Positions 18,582-29,107 are shown, counted from the first letter of the whole stretch. The stretch is 63,980 bases of DNA, filler included, from a bacterium (GCA_040757115.1; 24 parts of 24 records of this genome joined end to end with filler, not necessarily neighbours in it), one strand, 5' to 3'. Program-made: numbers and translations. The notes: generated by a model from the letters alone, not told the origin.

Positions 18582-20855
18582 ATGAATCTCTCAAATTTCT
18601 TAAAGATAGGTAGCGAATATTGTGATAAAGCAATAATCTGGATTGTGTTTTTAATGATTTTAATCATTCCACTTATCTTTGACCCACACATAACCAGTTT
18701 TGATTTAGCCAAAGTAACCGCCATGCGGATATTAACCCTTGTTATTATTGGACTTTGGTTATTAAAACTCACCTTTTTCGCTCAAGAATATCAATTCATA
18801 AAAACACCACTTGACCTGCCAATTCTTGCCTTTTTAATTATAAGCATAGCCGCCACAATAACCGGGATTCATCCAATAATGAGTTTGGTCGGCGAATATA
18901 AAAGATACGATGGATTAATTAGCACCATTAATTACATATTTATCTACTATATTGCGGTTAATTTCTTAAGACAACGCAAATATCTTAAAAGAACTGTTGC
19001 TGTTATTAGTTTTGCTGGGGTTTTAGTGGCTGGTTGTGGGATATTGCAATCTTATGGAATTGATTTAACCAGATGGGAGTCAGGGATAATCTCGACAATG
19101 GGCAATCCTAATTTCTTAGGGGGCTATTTAGCCATAGTCTTTTTTCTCCCTTTAACTTTATTTTTCCTTGTATCTTCAAAAAAGATTGGAAATCCAAAAT
19201 CCCAAATTCCCAAAAGTCAAGTAATGAAAATCATCTTTTTAGGGATTTCTTTAGTCAGTCTCCTCTTAATTTATAAATGCTTTTCTTTACTTGCACATCG
19301 AGGAGGAGCACTGGGACTTGGTGCCGGCATACTTTTGTTTGGAATCCTATTGGCAAAACAATTTCTTAAAAATAAGATGAGGACGATAGTGATTTTAAGC
19401 GTGATGTGTCTGGCAACAATCTTATTTTTTATCAAAGGGCAGTCAGGTTTAGTTCAAAAATTTACCTCAACCATTGCCGTAGAAAAAGAAGAAGGCAAGG
19501 CAATCCCAACTCTAAAATTTACCTCAACGGCTGAAACAAGATTCTATATCTGGCAGACAGGATTGGAGATTATAAAAAAATATCCTTTGTTAGGAGTAGG
19601 TCCGGATGCTTTAAGGATGGCTTCAACTCAATGTGAGAAGATTGAATTTATTCGCACCGAAGGAGGAAGAAATTGCCTGATTGATAAGGCTCATATGGAA
19701 GTGTTAGATATGGCTATAACTCGTGGGTTATTAGGTTTAGCCGCTTACTTCTGGATTATAATTTTACTATTTGTAGTTGTATATAAAACCTATTCCTCAA
19801 TTAAAGAAGAAAACAGGATTTTATTAGTCGGGGTCTTATCGGCTGTGCTTTCTTATCTTGTTCAGAATGAGGTTGGTTTTGGAATTATCGCGACTTCTTC
19901 CTTATTCTGGTTATTATTAGGAATGGCAATACCAATAGCCATACCCAAACCTCAATTCACAAAGCCCTTTAAACTGCACATTCTTCCCCGTATTATCATT
20001 TGTTTCCCTTTATTGATATTAATTTATTATCTCATCTCATTATCGTTACGACCATATATTGCGGATATTTATTATAAAAATGGGTTGGCGATGATTTCAC
20101 AGGGTAATATTGACCAGGCGATTGCCAGTTATGACCGTGCATTAGGATATAATCCGTTGGAAGAATTTTATTATGGTGAGGTTTTAAATGCCTATGATAT
20201 GAAATTTAAACAAACTCAAGATATAGTCTGGTTAGATAAACTTATAGCTAAAGGGGAAGAGGCAGTCAGATGTAATCCTCTTCACGCATATTATTACAAT
20301 CTTTTAAGTGCGGTTTATGGAGAGAAATATGTTCGGGGAGACCCAACTTACGCCGAGAAATCAATTGAGGCTTCTAAAAAGGCACTTAAATGTAAACCTC
20401 TATTTGCTGACCCATACAATAATATCGCCGCAATTTATGTTCGTCAGGAAAGATATGATGAAGCGATAAAAGAAATGGAGCAAGCCTCCCAACTTTTCCC
20501 CGATGACCCTAATTATCTCCGAATTTTAGGTGAACTATACCAGGTGAAAGCTCAGACAAATAAGGCAATAGACTTATTGAAAAAGGCGATTGAATATAAT
20601 CCGCAAAATCCAGACCCTTATGCCAAACTGGGTAAGATTTACTTTGACCAAAAAAGATATAAAGAGGCAGAAACCCAGTTTAAAAAGGCAATCTCGTTAG
20701 ATGCAAAAAATATCTTTGCCCGTAATAACTTAGGCACGATTTATATTAATCAACAGAGATTTAAAGAAGCAAGGTCTGAATTTGAGGCAGTCTTAAATGT
20801 TGCGCCAGGGGAAAATTATGCTCTGCAAATGCTGGCAATGATTAAAGGACACTAA
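18582..20855 (+). CDS. O-antigen ligase/O-oligosaccharyltransferase (Wzy_C) family protein with TPRs
   Basis: STMGNPNFLG, R..IW..G..II..YPLLGVG and KAH motifs, TPR tail. ATG at 18582 preferred over the upstream TTG. Confidence 0.85.
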   Translation: MNLSNFLKIGSEYCDKAIIWIVFLMILIIPLIFDPHITSFDLAKVTAMRILTLVIIGLWLLKLTFFAQEYQFIKTPLDLPILAFLIISIAATITGIHPIMSLVGEYKRYDGLISTINYIFIYYIAVNFLRQRKYLKRTVAVISFAGVLVAGCGILQSYGIDLTRWESGIISTMGNPNFLGGYLAIVFFLPLTLFFLVSSKKIGNPKSQIPKSQVMKIIFLGISLVSLLLIYKCFSLLAHRGGALGLGAGILLFGILLAKQFLKNKMRTIVILSVMCLATILFFIKGQSGLVQKFTSTIAVEKEEGKAIPTLKFTSTAETRFYIWQTGLEIIKKYPLLGVGPDALRMASTQCEKIEFIRTEGGRNCLIDKAHMEVLDMAITRGLLGLAAYFWIIILLFVVVYKTYSSIKEENRILLVGVLSAVLSYLVQNEVGFGIIATSSLFWLLLGMAIPIAIPKPQFTKPFKLHILPRIIICFPLLILIYYLISLSLRPYIADIYYKNGLAMISQGNIDQAIASYDRALGYNPLEEFYYGEVLNAYDMKFKQTQDIVWLDKLIAKGEEAVRCNPLHAYYYNLLSAVYGEKYVRGDPTYAEKSIEASKKALKCKPLFADPYNNIAAIYVRQERYDEAIKEMEQASQLFPDDPNYLRILGELYQVKAQTNKAIDLLKKAIEYNPQNPDPYAKLGKIYFDQKRYKEAETQFKKAISLDAKNIFARNNLGTIYINQQRFKEARSEFEAVLNVAPGENYALQMLAMIKGH

Positions 20856-20861
20856 ATTTCA

Positions 20862-21061
20862 GGTGGTGTCTGAAAATAACGCTAATAGTGAAATCTATGC
20901 AGATTTGGTGTAAAAAAGGGGATAAGGAGATAAAGGGAGATATGGAGATTATTCATTGTAATTTCCAAAATTTTAGAATGAATTTATCTCCTTATCTCCA
21001 TAATCCCCATATCTCCTTTTCTTACACTATTTCAACCTTTATGCTAGATTAAGACACCACC
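20862..21061. mobile_element. MITE family C, complete, with 8-bp TSD
   Basis: TIRs GGTGGTGTCT / AGACACCACC. AAATTTCA is duplicated at 20854-20861 and 21062-21069. Confidence 0.88.
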
Positions 21062-21093
21062 AAATTTCACCGTTTTTATAGTCAAGGAGTTAA

Positions 21094-23415
21094 ATGATGA
21101 AACAGGTTTCTAAATTTGCTACTAATTGTGATAAATTTATTGTTGGTTGTCTAATGCTCATAGTATTTGGGATACCGTTATTTTTTGGCTTGAATGTTAA
21201 TAGCCTTGATTTACAAAAAATAGCCTTTATGTGGACACTCTCGTTAATTATAGCCATTACCTGGATAACCAAAATTGTTTGGACAAGAGAATTTAACTTT
21301 GTCAGAACTCCACTTGATATTCCAATATTTGCCTTCTTGTTAGTAAGTATCCTGGCGACTATTTTCTCTATTCATCCCATCATTAGCCTGATTGGTTTTT
21401 ATAGTCATCATGAAGGATTACTCATAGTCATTACCTACATCTTTTTATTCTATGGCGTGGTTAATTTTATAAATAAAGAATTAATGCCCTGGATGATGGA
21501 TGTTATTATTCTTAGTGGGGTATTGGTGGCAGGTTATGGTATTATTCAACATTATGGTCTTGACCCGGTAAAATGGGAATTATTTATGGGCGGTCGAGTC
21601 TCATCAAGTCTGGGCAATCCAATTGGTTTCGGGAATCATATCGTTATGGTTTTAGGAATAGCGGTATGTTTATTTCTCTCCAAAGAGATTATTACCAGGC
21701 GAAAAACTAAGCAGATTCCATCATCAAAGAAAAAGAAAAAAATGATTTTAAAACCTGCCCAACAATACAAACCCATCGTAGAAATACCGTGGTGGATATA
21801 TGGAATATGTATTGGTATAATTTTGTATGGGTTGGTTTTTTCTGGTAGTCGGGCGCCTTTTCTTGGTATGCTGGGTGGAATTGGAGTAATAGGAATTTTA
21901 TTAGCTAAGAGAATAATTATCAAGAAGAAACAAGTTGGAATATTAGGAGTGATGTTTGTTGGTTATTTAGTGTTTTCCAATATAAATCCAGAGATTGCCA
22001 TAATTGGCAGGTTCACAAGTATGCTTAAACCCCCAGCGCCAAAGGTTGCTTCACCTTTTGAAGTTGGCACTTTTACCGCAACCTCTATCGCTTATCGAAC
22101 CCCTCGAATCTACCTCTGGCAAGGGGCATTAAACATCATTCGTGAGCATCCTGTTTTAGGTGTCGGATTAGATACCATCGGACTTGTTCATTCCCGGTAT
22201 AAACCCATAGAATCTGCAATAGCAGAAGGGGCTTATGCCACCGCAGCCAGTGCCCATAATGAACTATTAGATGTGTGGGTTTCCAGAGGAACAATTGGAT
22301 TAATTATCTATCTCTGGGTGCTGATTAGTTTCTTAGTTATTTCTTTAAAAAACTATTGGTCTTATAAGGGGATAGAAAAATTCTTTATTACGGGATTATT
22401 AGCCAGCTGGTTTTCTTATCTTATTCAAAATCAATTTAGCCCAACAGGTATCTCATCTTCTTATCTTTTCTGGATAATTATGGCTTTAGGTATGGTATTT
22501 AGTGCAAAGCAGAAGTCTTTCGTGTTATCTCCTCTAATCAAAGAATTTCGATGGTTTATTCTTCTGACCACATCAGGAATAGGAATTGGGCTGTGGATTT
22601 TATTAGTCGTCCGACCCTGTATTGCTGATTTTAATTATGAACAAGGAACTTTACTTCAAACTATGCCTCAATATGAGAAAGAAACTCAATACCGGTTTGA
22701 GCGGGCACTAAAATATAACCCTTATGAAACACAGTACCATCGGGAGGTGTGTTCTATTTACCTTAATCGGGCACAGACTACAGGTGAAGAGACATGGATT
22801 AAAAAGACTATTGAGCAATCTAAAAAGTTAGTCAAATTTAATCCTGAGGATGGTGTGGGGAATTCTATTTTAGGGGCAGGATACTATCTGGAAGGCAAGG
22901 AATTAAATGAGGCGGTGAAGTATTTCAAAAGGGCAATAGAGATAGACCCCTATAACCCTGACCCACATAATACCCTTGCTTTAGGCTATCAAAGACTCGG
23001 AAAATATGACGAGGCAATTAAAGAATTTAAACAGGCATTCTGGTTAAAGCCTGATTATTCTATGTCTATTGAGAACTTGATGCGTCTCTATGCCAATATT
23101 GGTAAAGGTGATATTAAATCTGATATTAAGGAGATATTAACCAGAGAATCTGGGGGGCGAACGAGCAGGATTAGAGAAAGATTAGTTGAATTTCATCTTA
23201 AAGAAAATAATCTGGATGAGGCGGCTAAAGAATGTATCATAATTCTTCACCTTATTCCAGAAAATGTAAATATCTGTAGAACTTTAGGTAATATCTATGC
23301 CCAGCAAGGAAAAATTGATGAGGCAAAAAAGGCATTTAATCATTTATTAAAGATTAAGCCAGATGATATTTATGCCAGGGAATTTTTGGCAAAGGTAGAT
23401 AAACATCATTTCTGA
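21094..23415 (+). CDS. O-antigen ligase/O-oligosaccharyltransferase (Wzy_C) family protein with TPRs; paralog of 18582-20855
   Basis: RVSSSLGNP, SGSRA, HPVLGVG and SAHNE motifs, TPR tail. Confidence 0.85.
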   Translation: MMKQVSKFATNCDKFIVGCLMLIVFGIPLFFGLNVNSLDLQKIAFMWTLSLIIAITWITKIVWTREFNFVRTPLDIPIFAFLLVSILATIFSIHPIISLIGFYSHHEGLLIVITYIFLFYGVVNFINKELMPWMMDVIILSGVLVAGYGIIQHYGLDPVKWELFMGGRVSSSLGNPIGFGNHIVMVLGIAVCLFLSKEIITRRKTKQIPSSKKKKKMILKPAQQYKPIVEIPWWIYGICIGIILYGLVFSGSRAPFLGMLGGIGVIGILLAKRIIIKKKQVGILGVMFVGYLVFSNINPEIAIIGRFTSMLKPPAPKVASPFEVGTFTATSIAYRTPRIYLWQGALNIIREHPVLGVGLDTIGLVHSRYKPIESAIAEGAYATAASAHNELLDVWVSRGTIGLIIYLWVLISFLVISLKNYWSYKGIEKFFITGLLASWFSYLIQNQFSPTGISSSYLFWIIMALGMVFSAKQKSFVLSPLIKEFRWFILLTTSGIGIGLWILLVVRPCIADFNYEQGTLLQTMPQYEKETQYRFERALKYNPYETQYHREVCSIYLNRAQTTGEETWIKKTIEQSKKLVKFNPEDGVGNSILGAGYYLEGKELNEAVKYFKRAIEIDPYNPDPHNTLALGYQRLGKYDEAIKEFKQAFWLKPDYSMSIENLMRLYANIGKGDIKSDIKEILTRESGGRTSRIRERLVEFHLKENNLDEAAKECIIILHLIPENVNICRTLGNIYAQQGKIDEAKKAFNHLLKIKPDDIYAREFLAKVDKHHF

Positions 23416-23641
23416 CAGAAAAAATAATACTCGATGTTCAAGTTTTTTAAAGATATAAAGATTTAACCGCAAAGAGCGCAAAGGAAGATTTCGCAAAGGA
23501 CGCAAAGAAAGGGAAATTACGGGACGGGGAAGGGTTCAGGTAGGATAAAAATAAGGAGAAAGGGAGAAGATGGAGAAGTGGAGAAAAGAAGAGTTAACTG
23601 ATAGGATTATTAATGCCTGTATTAATGTCCATCAAAAGTTA

Positions 23642-23818
23642 GTGTCGTGTTGAACAAATAACGCACGGAATTCGATTCTGGTAACTGGTGATTGGTAACT
23701 GGTAATTAAATACCGTTTGGCTGATCTCAGGACGAAACTATTTAACCAGTTACCAATTATCCGTTTACAGGTTATGGGATCTGATGATACGCCGTGCAAA
23801 ACTTACTCAACACCACAT
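23642..23818. mobile_element. MITE with TA target duplication
   Basis: Imperfect ~27-bp TIRs GTGTCGTGTTGAA..GCACGG / CCGTGC..CTCAACACCACAT. Excision restores the codons AAG TTA GGA. Confidence 0.8.
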
Positions 23819-23960
23819 TAGGACCTGGTTTTCTGGAGAGCATCTATCACAATGCCTTGAGGGTTGAGTTTGCAAGACAGAACATTATCTTTGAATCAGA
23901 AAAAGAAGTCAAGATATTCTATCAAGGTGTTGAGGTTGGGATTCATAGACTTGATCTTTT

Positions 23961-24144
23961 CGACCTGTGCGGTTAAATGTAAAATGGATAATGTAAAATG
24001 AGAAATGTAAAATGAAAATGTATAACTGAAAGGTAATGAGTCTGGCGAAGTAGTAAAATTTCCCATTTTTCATTTCCTATTTTACATTTTACATTTATTT
24101 TTCCTTTGCGTCTCTGCGATGAATTAGTCTAATCGCACAGGTGG
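23961..24144. mobile_element. MITE with 8-bp TSD (similar ends near 5862 and 60556)
   Basis: TIRs CGACCTGTGCGGTTA / TAATCGCACAGGTGG. GATCTTTT is duplicated at 23953-23960 and 24145-24152. Confidence 0.88.
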
Positions 24145-24462
24145 GATCTTTTTGTTGAAGATGAGATTGTGGTAGAGATTAAAACTGTTGAGGAGAGAAG
24201 TGGGAAGTATTATAATCAGGTTAGATCATACATTAGAGCAGTGGATAAAGAAATTAGGGTTACTGGTAAATTTCGCAGACTCCAGGATTGATGTCCGAAG
24301 GGTGGAGCAAGAAAAAGTTTGAGCCAATTCTCCCTTTTCCCCATTTCTCCTTGTTTACACTTCTAATGTATAGCCCTGAACGGTTACAAAAATCCGTTAT
24401 ATCCGTCTAATCCGATTACTAAAAAATTAAACTAATTAAACTAATGAGGAGGTAGATTTAAA

Positions 24463-25368
24463 ATGGGTAAAAGAAGTTTAAAGGAAAATTCAAGAGGAAC
24501 AAGGATTAAGAAGATAATGTGTAGCATTGGGGTGATGTGTATCTTGCTGGGCAGTAGCACTATAGCCCAGGGTATAGAATGGCAGTGGCCATGGTTAAAA
24601 AGTAAGGAGCAAAAGACTAAGCAGGAAAAGGTGGTTAAAAAGAAAAATCTACCACTTAGAGCAAAACAAATCGGCACGCCGACTGTTCAGGCATTGGTGG
24701 ATAAAGTCAAGGAGAATTACCAGAAGATTCAAGATTTGAAGGCAGAGATGGTAGTTACAGTAGAAAAAGTAGGAGGATGGGGGTACCCAATACTTACAGA
24801 TAAGATTACTAAGGCAGGAAAATATTACTTTAAAGCACCTGATAAAATTAAATATGAAGACCCAAAAGACCATGATAGAGATACTGTTTGGAAGGGATTA
24901 ACTCAGTATGTTAGAGCTTATCATGGCTCAAATGTTCCAAGTACTAGAGAACCTTGGTATTCTCTTTTAGAGCCTGATAATCTATATTTCTACTGGCGGT
25001 TGGATGAGATAATGACTAAGTTTGATACGAAGGTGATTGATAATCCTCAACCTGATGTCTGGGTGATTGAGGCGGTGCCGAAAGATAGTAATCATGAGGA
25101 TGATTATAATTATCCATATTCAGATGGTAGATTGGAAGTTTTTGTTAATTATGATAAAGGCGTGATTACTAAAATTGATGTACACGGTATTACTCTTGGT
25201 TTGCTTTCTTCCCGAAGAGAATCCCAAGATTTTACATTAATTAATAATATTTGGATACCAACAAAATTTATTAGGACATCTTTTGGAGATAAAGAGGTAA
25301 AAGAAGAAATAACACTTAGCAATATACAGTTAAATACTGGTATTCCAGATAGCGAGTTTGAGTTTTAG
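24463..25368 (+). CDS. LolA-like (outer-membrane lipoprotein-sorting) fold protein
   Basis: Signal peptide, YQKIQDLKA, YFKAPDKIKYE and C-terminal IQLNTGIPDSEFEF. Confidence 0.7.
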   Translation: MGKRSLKENSRGTRIKKIMCSIGVMCILLGSSTIAQGIEWQWPWLKSKEQKTKQEKVVKKKNLPLRAKQIGTPTVQALVDKVKENYQKIQDLKAEMVVTVEKVGGWGYPILTDKITKAGKYYFKAPDKIKYEDPKDHDRDTVWKGLTQYVRAYHGSNVPSTREPWYSLLEPDNLYFYWRLDEIMTKFDTKVIDNPQPDVWVIEAVPKDSNHEDDYNYPYSDGRLEVFVNYDKGVITKIDVHGITLGLLSSRRESQDFTLINNIWIPTKFIRTSFGDKEVKEEITLSNIQLNTGIPDSEFEF

Positions 25369-25423
25369 CAGGAGTAGAAAGTAGAGAGTAGAAAGTAGAA
25401 AGTTTTAAGGAGGTAAAATAATT

Positions 25424-26220
25424 ATGTTTAAAAGAGTTATAGCCTTATGTTTGGTAAGTAGTTTATTTTGGTTAAGTCCTGCTTTTGCTAAAAATCCTGT
25501 GTTGATAGTTCATGGACTCAATGGAGATTCACAGAGTTTTAAAGATGGATGTATGGTAAAGACATTACAAAATGCAGGACTACAGGTGTTTACCTTAGCA
25601 GATGTAGGTGGTGATTTTCCTAATAGAGGACAAGGATTAATACAGGAAGATGTAAAATTGCTTAAACAAGCAATAGATGAAGTTAAGAGGCGAACAGGAG
25701 CAACTAAAGTTGATATAGTAGCCCATTCAAGAGGTGGTATTGTAGCTGAACTTTATACGATGATGTATGGTAATCAGTATCAACCTACAATGGAATATAC
25801 ATATCATCCACCTGAGGATCCTCGGCTATTAAAGAAGAAGACCATCACCAACATCCCCCGCTACGGCAATGATGTCAATCAAATCATTATGATGGGGACA
25901 CCGCAGATGGGGAGTTTTTGGTCGGATTTTGGGCATGATAATCCTGTTCTTTCTGACCAACTTAGAAAACTTGGGATTGCTAAGGATGCACCTGATCAAT
26001 ATACAGTAGGTGTAGAGCAATTGCAGGAAGAAGGTAGTGCCTTTATGGAATATTTCTGGAAGAATAAATTAAATTCAGACCTACCAACGATTACTTATAT
26101 TAATTTAGCTGAGGATAGGATTTGCCCACCATTGTTTAAATAGGGTGATGGTGTAGTTACTTTTGATTCTGCCTGTGGGGTGGAATTACTTCAACAATTG
26201 CTTTTTGGACGCAGATGAAC
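25424..26220 (+). pseudogene. Secreted alpha/beta-hydrolase (lipase/PGAP1-like) with in-frame TAG at 26141-26143 and 3' truncation
   Basis: VHGLNG and AHSRGG motifs. Homology to the paralog continues in frame past the stop (GDGVVTFDSACGVELLQQLL). Confidence 0.75.
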
Positions 26221-26383
26221 GCAGATGAACACAGATTTTAAAGAAAAAATCACTTGCATTTAAAGATAAACAGGTGTATACTTTCTTTGCGGCCTTTGCG
26301 CCTTGGCGTGAAAAAAAAAGAGACTCTCACGCAAAGACGCAAAGAGAAAGAAGGGAAATCTATTTGAGGAGGTAAAAAAAACA

Positions 26384-27277
26384 ATGTGTAATCTAAAAGG
26401 TTTAAAGGAAAATTCAAGAGGGACAGGGATTAAGACCATAATGTGTAGCATTGCGGTGATATGTGTTTTGCTATGCAGTAGCACTATAGCCCAGGGTATA
26501 GAATGGCAGTGGCCATGGCTAAAAGCTAAGGAGCAAAAGACGAAGCAAGAAAAAGTGGTTAAAAAGAAAAATCTACAACTTAAACCAAAACAAATCGGCA
26601 CGCCGACTGTCCAGGCATTACTGGATAAGGTCAAGGAGAATTACCAGAAGATTCAAGACTTGAAGGCGGATGTGGCAGCAAAAGCAGAATGTACACCTAG
26701 CCCACCATTGCCAGGTTTGTATACCGTTAACATGAAGTGGTACTTTAAAGCACCAGATAAGCTTAAAATGGTTCCTCCTAATGAGAAGAGAAGAACTATT
26801 GTGAAAAATAATACCAAGTATACCCTTCACCTAAGATGGGGGAAATGGGAAATTGATTCTAAACCACTTTATTGGTATTATTTATTAGACCCGGGTAGGT
26901 TTGATTTCTACTGGCGGCTGGATGAAATAATAACTAAATTCGATACCAAAGTCATCAACCACCCAGAAGAAAATATCTGGGTCATTGAGGCTGTGCCGAA
27001 AAAAAGTAATCCTGAGGATGATTATAATTATCCTTTGCCAAGAGTTGGATTAGAGATTTATATTGATTATGAAAAAGGAGTAATGACAAAAATTGTTGAT
27101 TTTGATGCAAAAACTGGAGAAAAGGATACTCCATGGTGTGAAATTAAAGATTTTAAATTGATTAGTAATATTTGGGTACCAACAAAATTTATAAAAATTA
27201 CAGAATCAACAGAGGAAATCACACTTTCTGACATTCAACTAAACATTGGTATTCCAGATAGTGAATTTGAATTTTAG
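26384..27277 (+). CDS. LolA-like fold protein; paralog of 24463-25368
   Basis: Near-identical N-terminal ~90 aa, FYWRLDEI block and C-terminus. Confidence 0.7.
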   Translation: MCNLKGLKENSRGTGIKTIMCSIAVICVLLCSSTIAQGIEWQWPWLKAKEQKTKQEKVVKKKNLQLKPKQIGTPTVQALLDKVKENYQKIQDLKADVAAKAECTPSPPLPGLYTVNMKWYFKAPDKLKMVPPNEKRRTIVKNNTKYTLHLRWGKWEIDSKPLYWYYLLDPGRFDFYWRLDEIITKFDTKVINHPEENIWVIEAVPKKSNPEDDYNYPLPRVGLEIYIDYEKGVMTKIVDFDAKTGEKDTPWCEIKDFKLISNIWVPTKFIKITESTEEITLSDIQLNIGIPDSEFEF

Positions 27278-27301
27278 TTTAACTTTTTGGAGGTGATAAT
27301 T

Positions 27302-29107
27302 ATGTTAGCAAAAAAGGTAGCCTTATGTTTGATTCTTAACTTATTGTGGTCAAGCATTGCTTTTGCAAAGTACCCAGTGCTTATTCTTCCAGGAATTAAT
27401 AGCACTTCACAAGATATGAAGGATGGATGTTTAGTAACCACATTGAAAAATGCGGGGATAGATGTATTTACTATGGCGGATGTAGGTAAAGAGTTTTTGA
27501 ATCGTGGACAGGGATTGATTCAAGAAGATGTGAAATTACTTAAGCAGGCAATTGATGAAGTAAAGAGACGAACAGGGAGTGATAAGGTGGATATAGTCGC
27601 TTACTCAAGAGGTGGACTGGTTGCTGAACTTTATACTATGATGTATGGAAATCAATACCAATCTACAATGGAGTATACATATTATCCTGCTGGAGTTAAA
27701 AGAGAAGAAAGATTTAAAAAAACTAAGACCATCTCCAACATCCCCCGCTATGGCAACGACATCAATCAAATCATCATGCTGGGCGCACCAAATAAGGGGA
27801 GTTTTGGGGCAAATGTGGCGTATAGTCTACCTTGGTTGGCTAACTTGGTTGATGAGATTGCTAATATATTTGGCCATGACCCGCCGGATGCTGATACTGT
27901 GGGAATGGAACAATTACGCACTTCGAATAACTTTATGACCTATTTCTGGCAAAAGGCACTAAATCCTGAAGTTCCTAAAGTCAAATACATTAATCTGGCT
28001 GAAGATAGGATAGATAATGGTGATGGAGTAGTATCTTTTGATTCTGCTAAAGGGGTAGAATTACATCAACAATTATTAGAAACTATCGCATTGAGTACCT
28101 TAAATATTCCATCTGTCCATCATACAAATTTATTCAAAGATGTAGGTGTCAAGAAGGAGATATTACAAGAAGAATTTGATGCTTACCCTATCACTGCCAA
28201 TATCTCTATCTTAAGGGAATCTCCTGTCAGAGAAGGGGCAATATCTATCTCTATTACCTTATCCGAATCTTTATCTTCAGCACCAACACTATTTATTAAA
28301 GGTAACGGTGCTTTTTCTTCTCCACATCCAATATCTTTAGCCGGCTCGGGTAAGAACTTCTCTGTAATCTTGAATATTTCCAAAGGGACTGACGGCAGCG
28401 CAAGGCTTTATTTTGAGGAGAAAACACAAATGCAGGTAAAGATAGCCAGTGCTGATTGTAAAGAAGATATTATTGAAACTATTGAAGTACCAATATCAGG
28501 CTACCATTCCTTTTTAATTGACACCGAGGAGCCGGAGGTAACTGCTACTACCCCAGCAAATGGTGAGGTGATTATTGCTGAGGAGACACCCTGGACAGTC
28601 AATATCTCTGCTACGCTTTTTGACCCACCAGTTAACAGCTATGCCTCCGGGATTGATAATTCAACTATTGTATTGAATACTCCTCAAGGAACCTTTCATC
28701 AAGCATCAGCAGTGAATAATTTAGATTACGGTGAGTATTCTTGCTCAATTGAAGCAAAGGATAATGCCAATACACCAGGACATGACTTGAAAGGGTCTCC
28801 TTATCGCTGGAGTTTTGAGATTGTGCCACCTATCTTTGTATCTATCCATCCTGCCTGGCAGGATTTTACAGAGCCACATGAATCCCATACTCATTACATC
28901 ACTATCACTAACAAGGCAAAGAATAAGTCTTTTACGGCTAATATTGAGATGAAACTGATTAGGGCATCAAAATGCCTTTCTATCACTCAATATCCTGCTT
29001 CTACCTTAGAATTACCTGCAAATAGCGAAAAATCAACCTCATTTGTAGTTACCTCAGGTGAGGAATTAATACCAGATGATAATTTGATTCATCAAATAAA
29101 GGTGTAA
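27302..29107 (+). CDS. Secreted alpha/beta-hydrolase with C-terminal Ig-like domains
   Basis: AYSRGG nucleophile elbow, GDGVV and HHTNL (candidate triad), then beta-rich domains. Confidence 0.75.
   Translation: MLAKKVALCLILNLLWSSIAFAKYPVLILPGINSTSQDMKDGCLVTTLKNAGIDVFTMADVGKEFLNRGQGLIQEDVKLLKQAIDEVKRRTGSDKVDIVAYSRGGLVAELYTMMYGNQYQSTMEYTYYPAGVKREERFKKTKTISNIPRYGNDINQIIMLGAPNKGSFGANVAYSLPWLANLVDEIANIFGHDPPDADTVGMEQLRTSNNFMTYFWQKALNPEVPKVKYINLAEDRIDNGDGVVSFDSAKGVELHQQLLETIALSTLNIPSVHHTNLFKDVGVKKEILQEEFDAYPITANISILRESPVREGAISISITLSESLSSAPTLFIKGNGAFSSPHPISLAGSGKNFSVILNISKGTDGSARLYFEEKTQMQVKIASADCKEDIIETIEVPISGYHSFLIDTEEPEVTATTPANGEVIIAEETPWTVNISATLFDPPVNSYASGIDNSTIVLNTPQGTFHQASAVNNLDYGEYSCSIEAKDNANTPGHDLKGSPYRWSFEIVPPIFVSIHPAWQDFTEPHESHTHYITITNKAKNKSFTANIEMKLIRASKCLSITQYPASTLELPANSEKSTSFVVTSGEELIPDDNLIHQIKV

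Larger units (their letters stand above)
23570..24322 (+). pseudogene. GxxExxY (PD-(D/E)XK) protein gene split by two MITEs and a frameshift
   Basis: Removing the inserts gives MEKWRKEELTDRIINACINVHQKL|GPGFLESIYHNAL...HRLDL|FVEDEIVVEIKTV...QVRSYI, then after a frameshift GLLVNFADSRIDVRRV. Confidence 0.88.
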
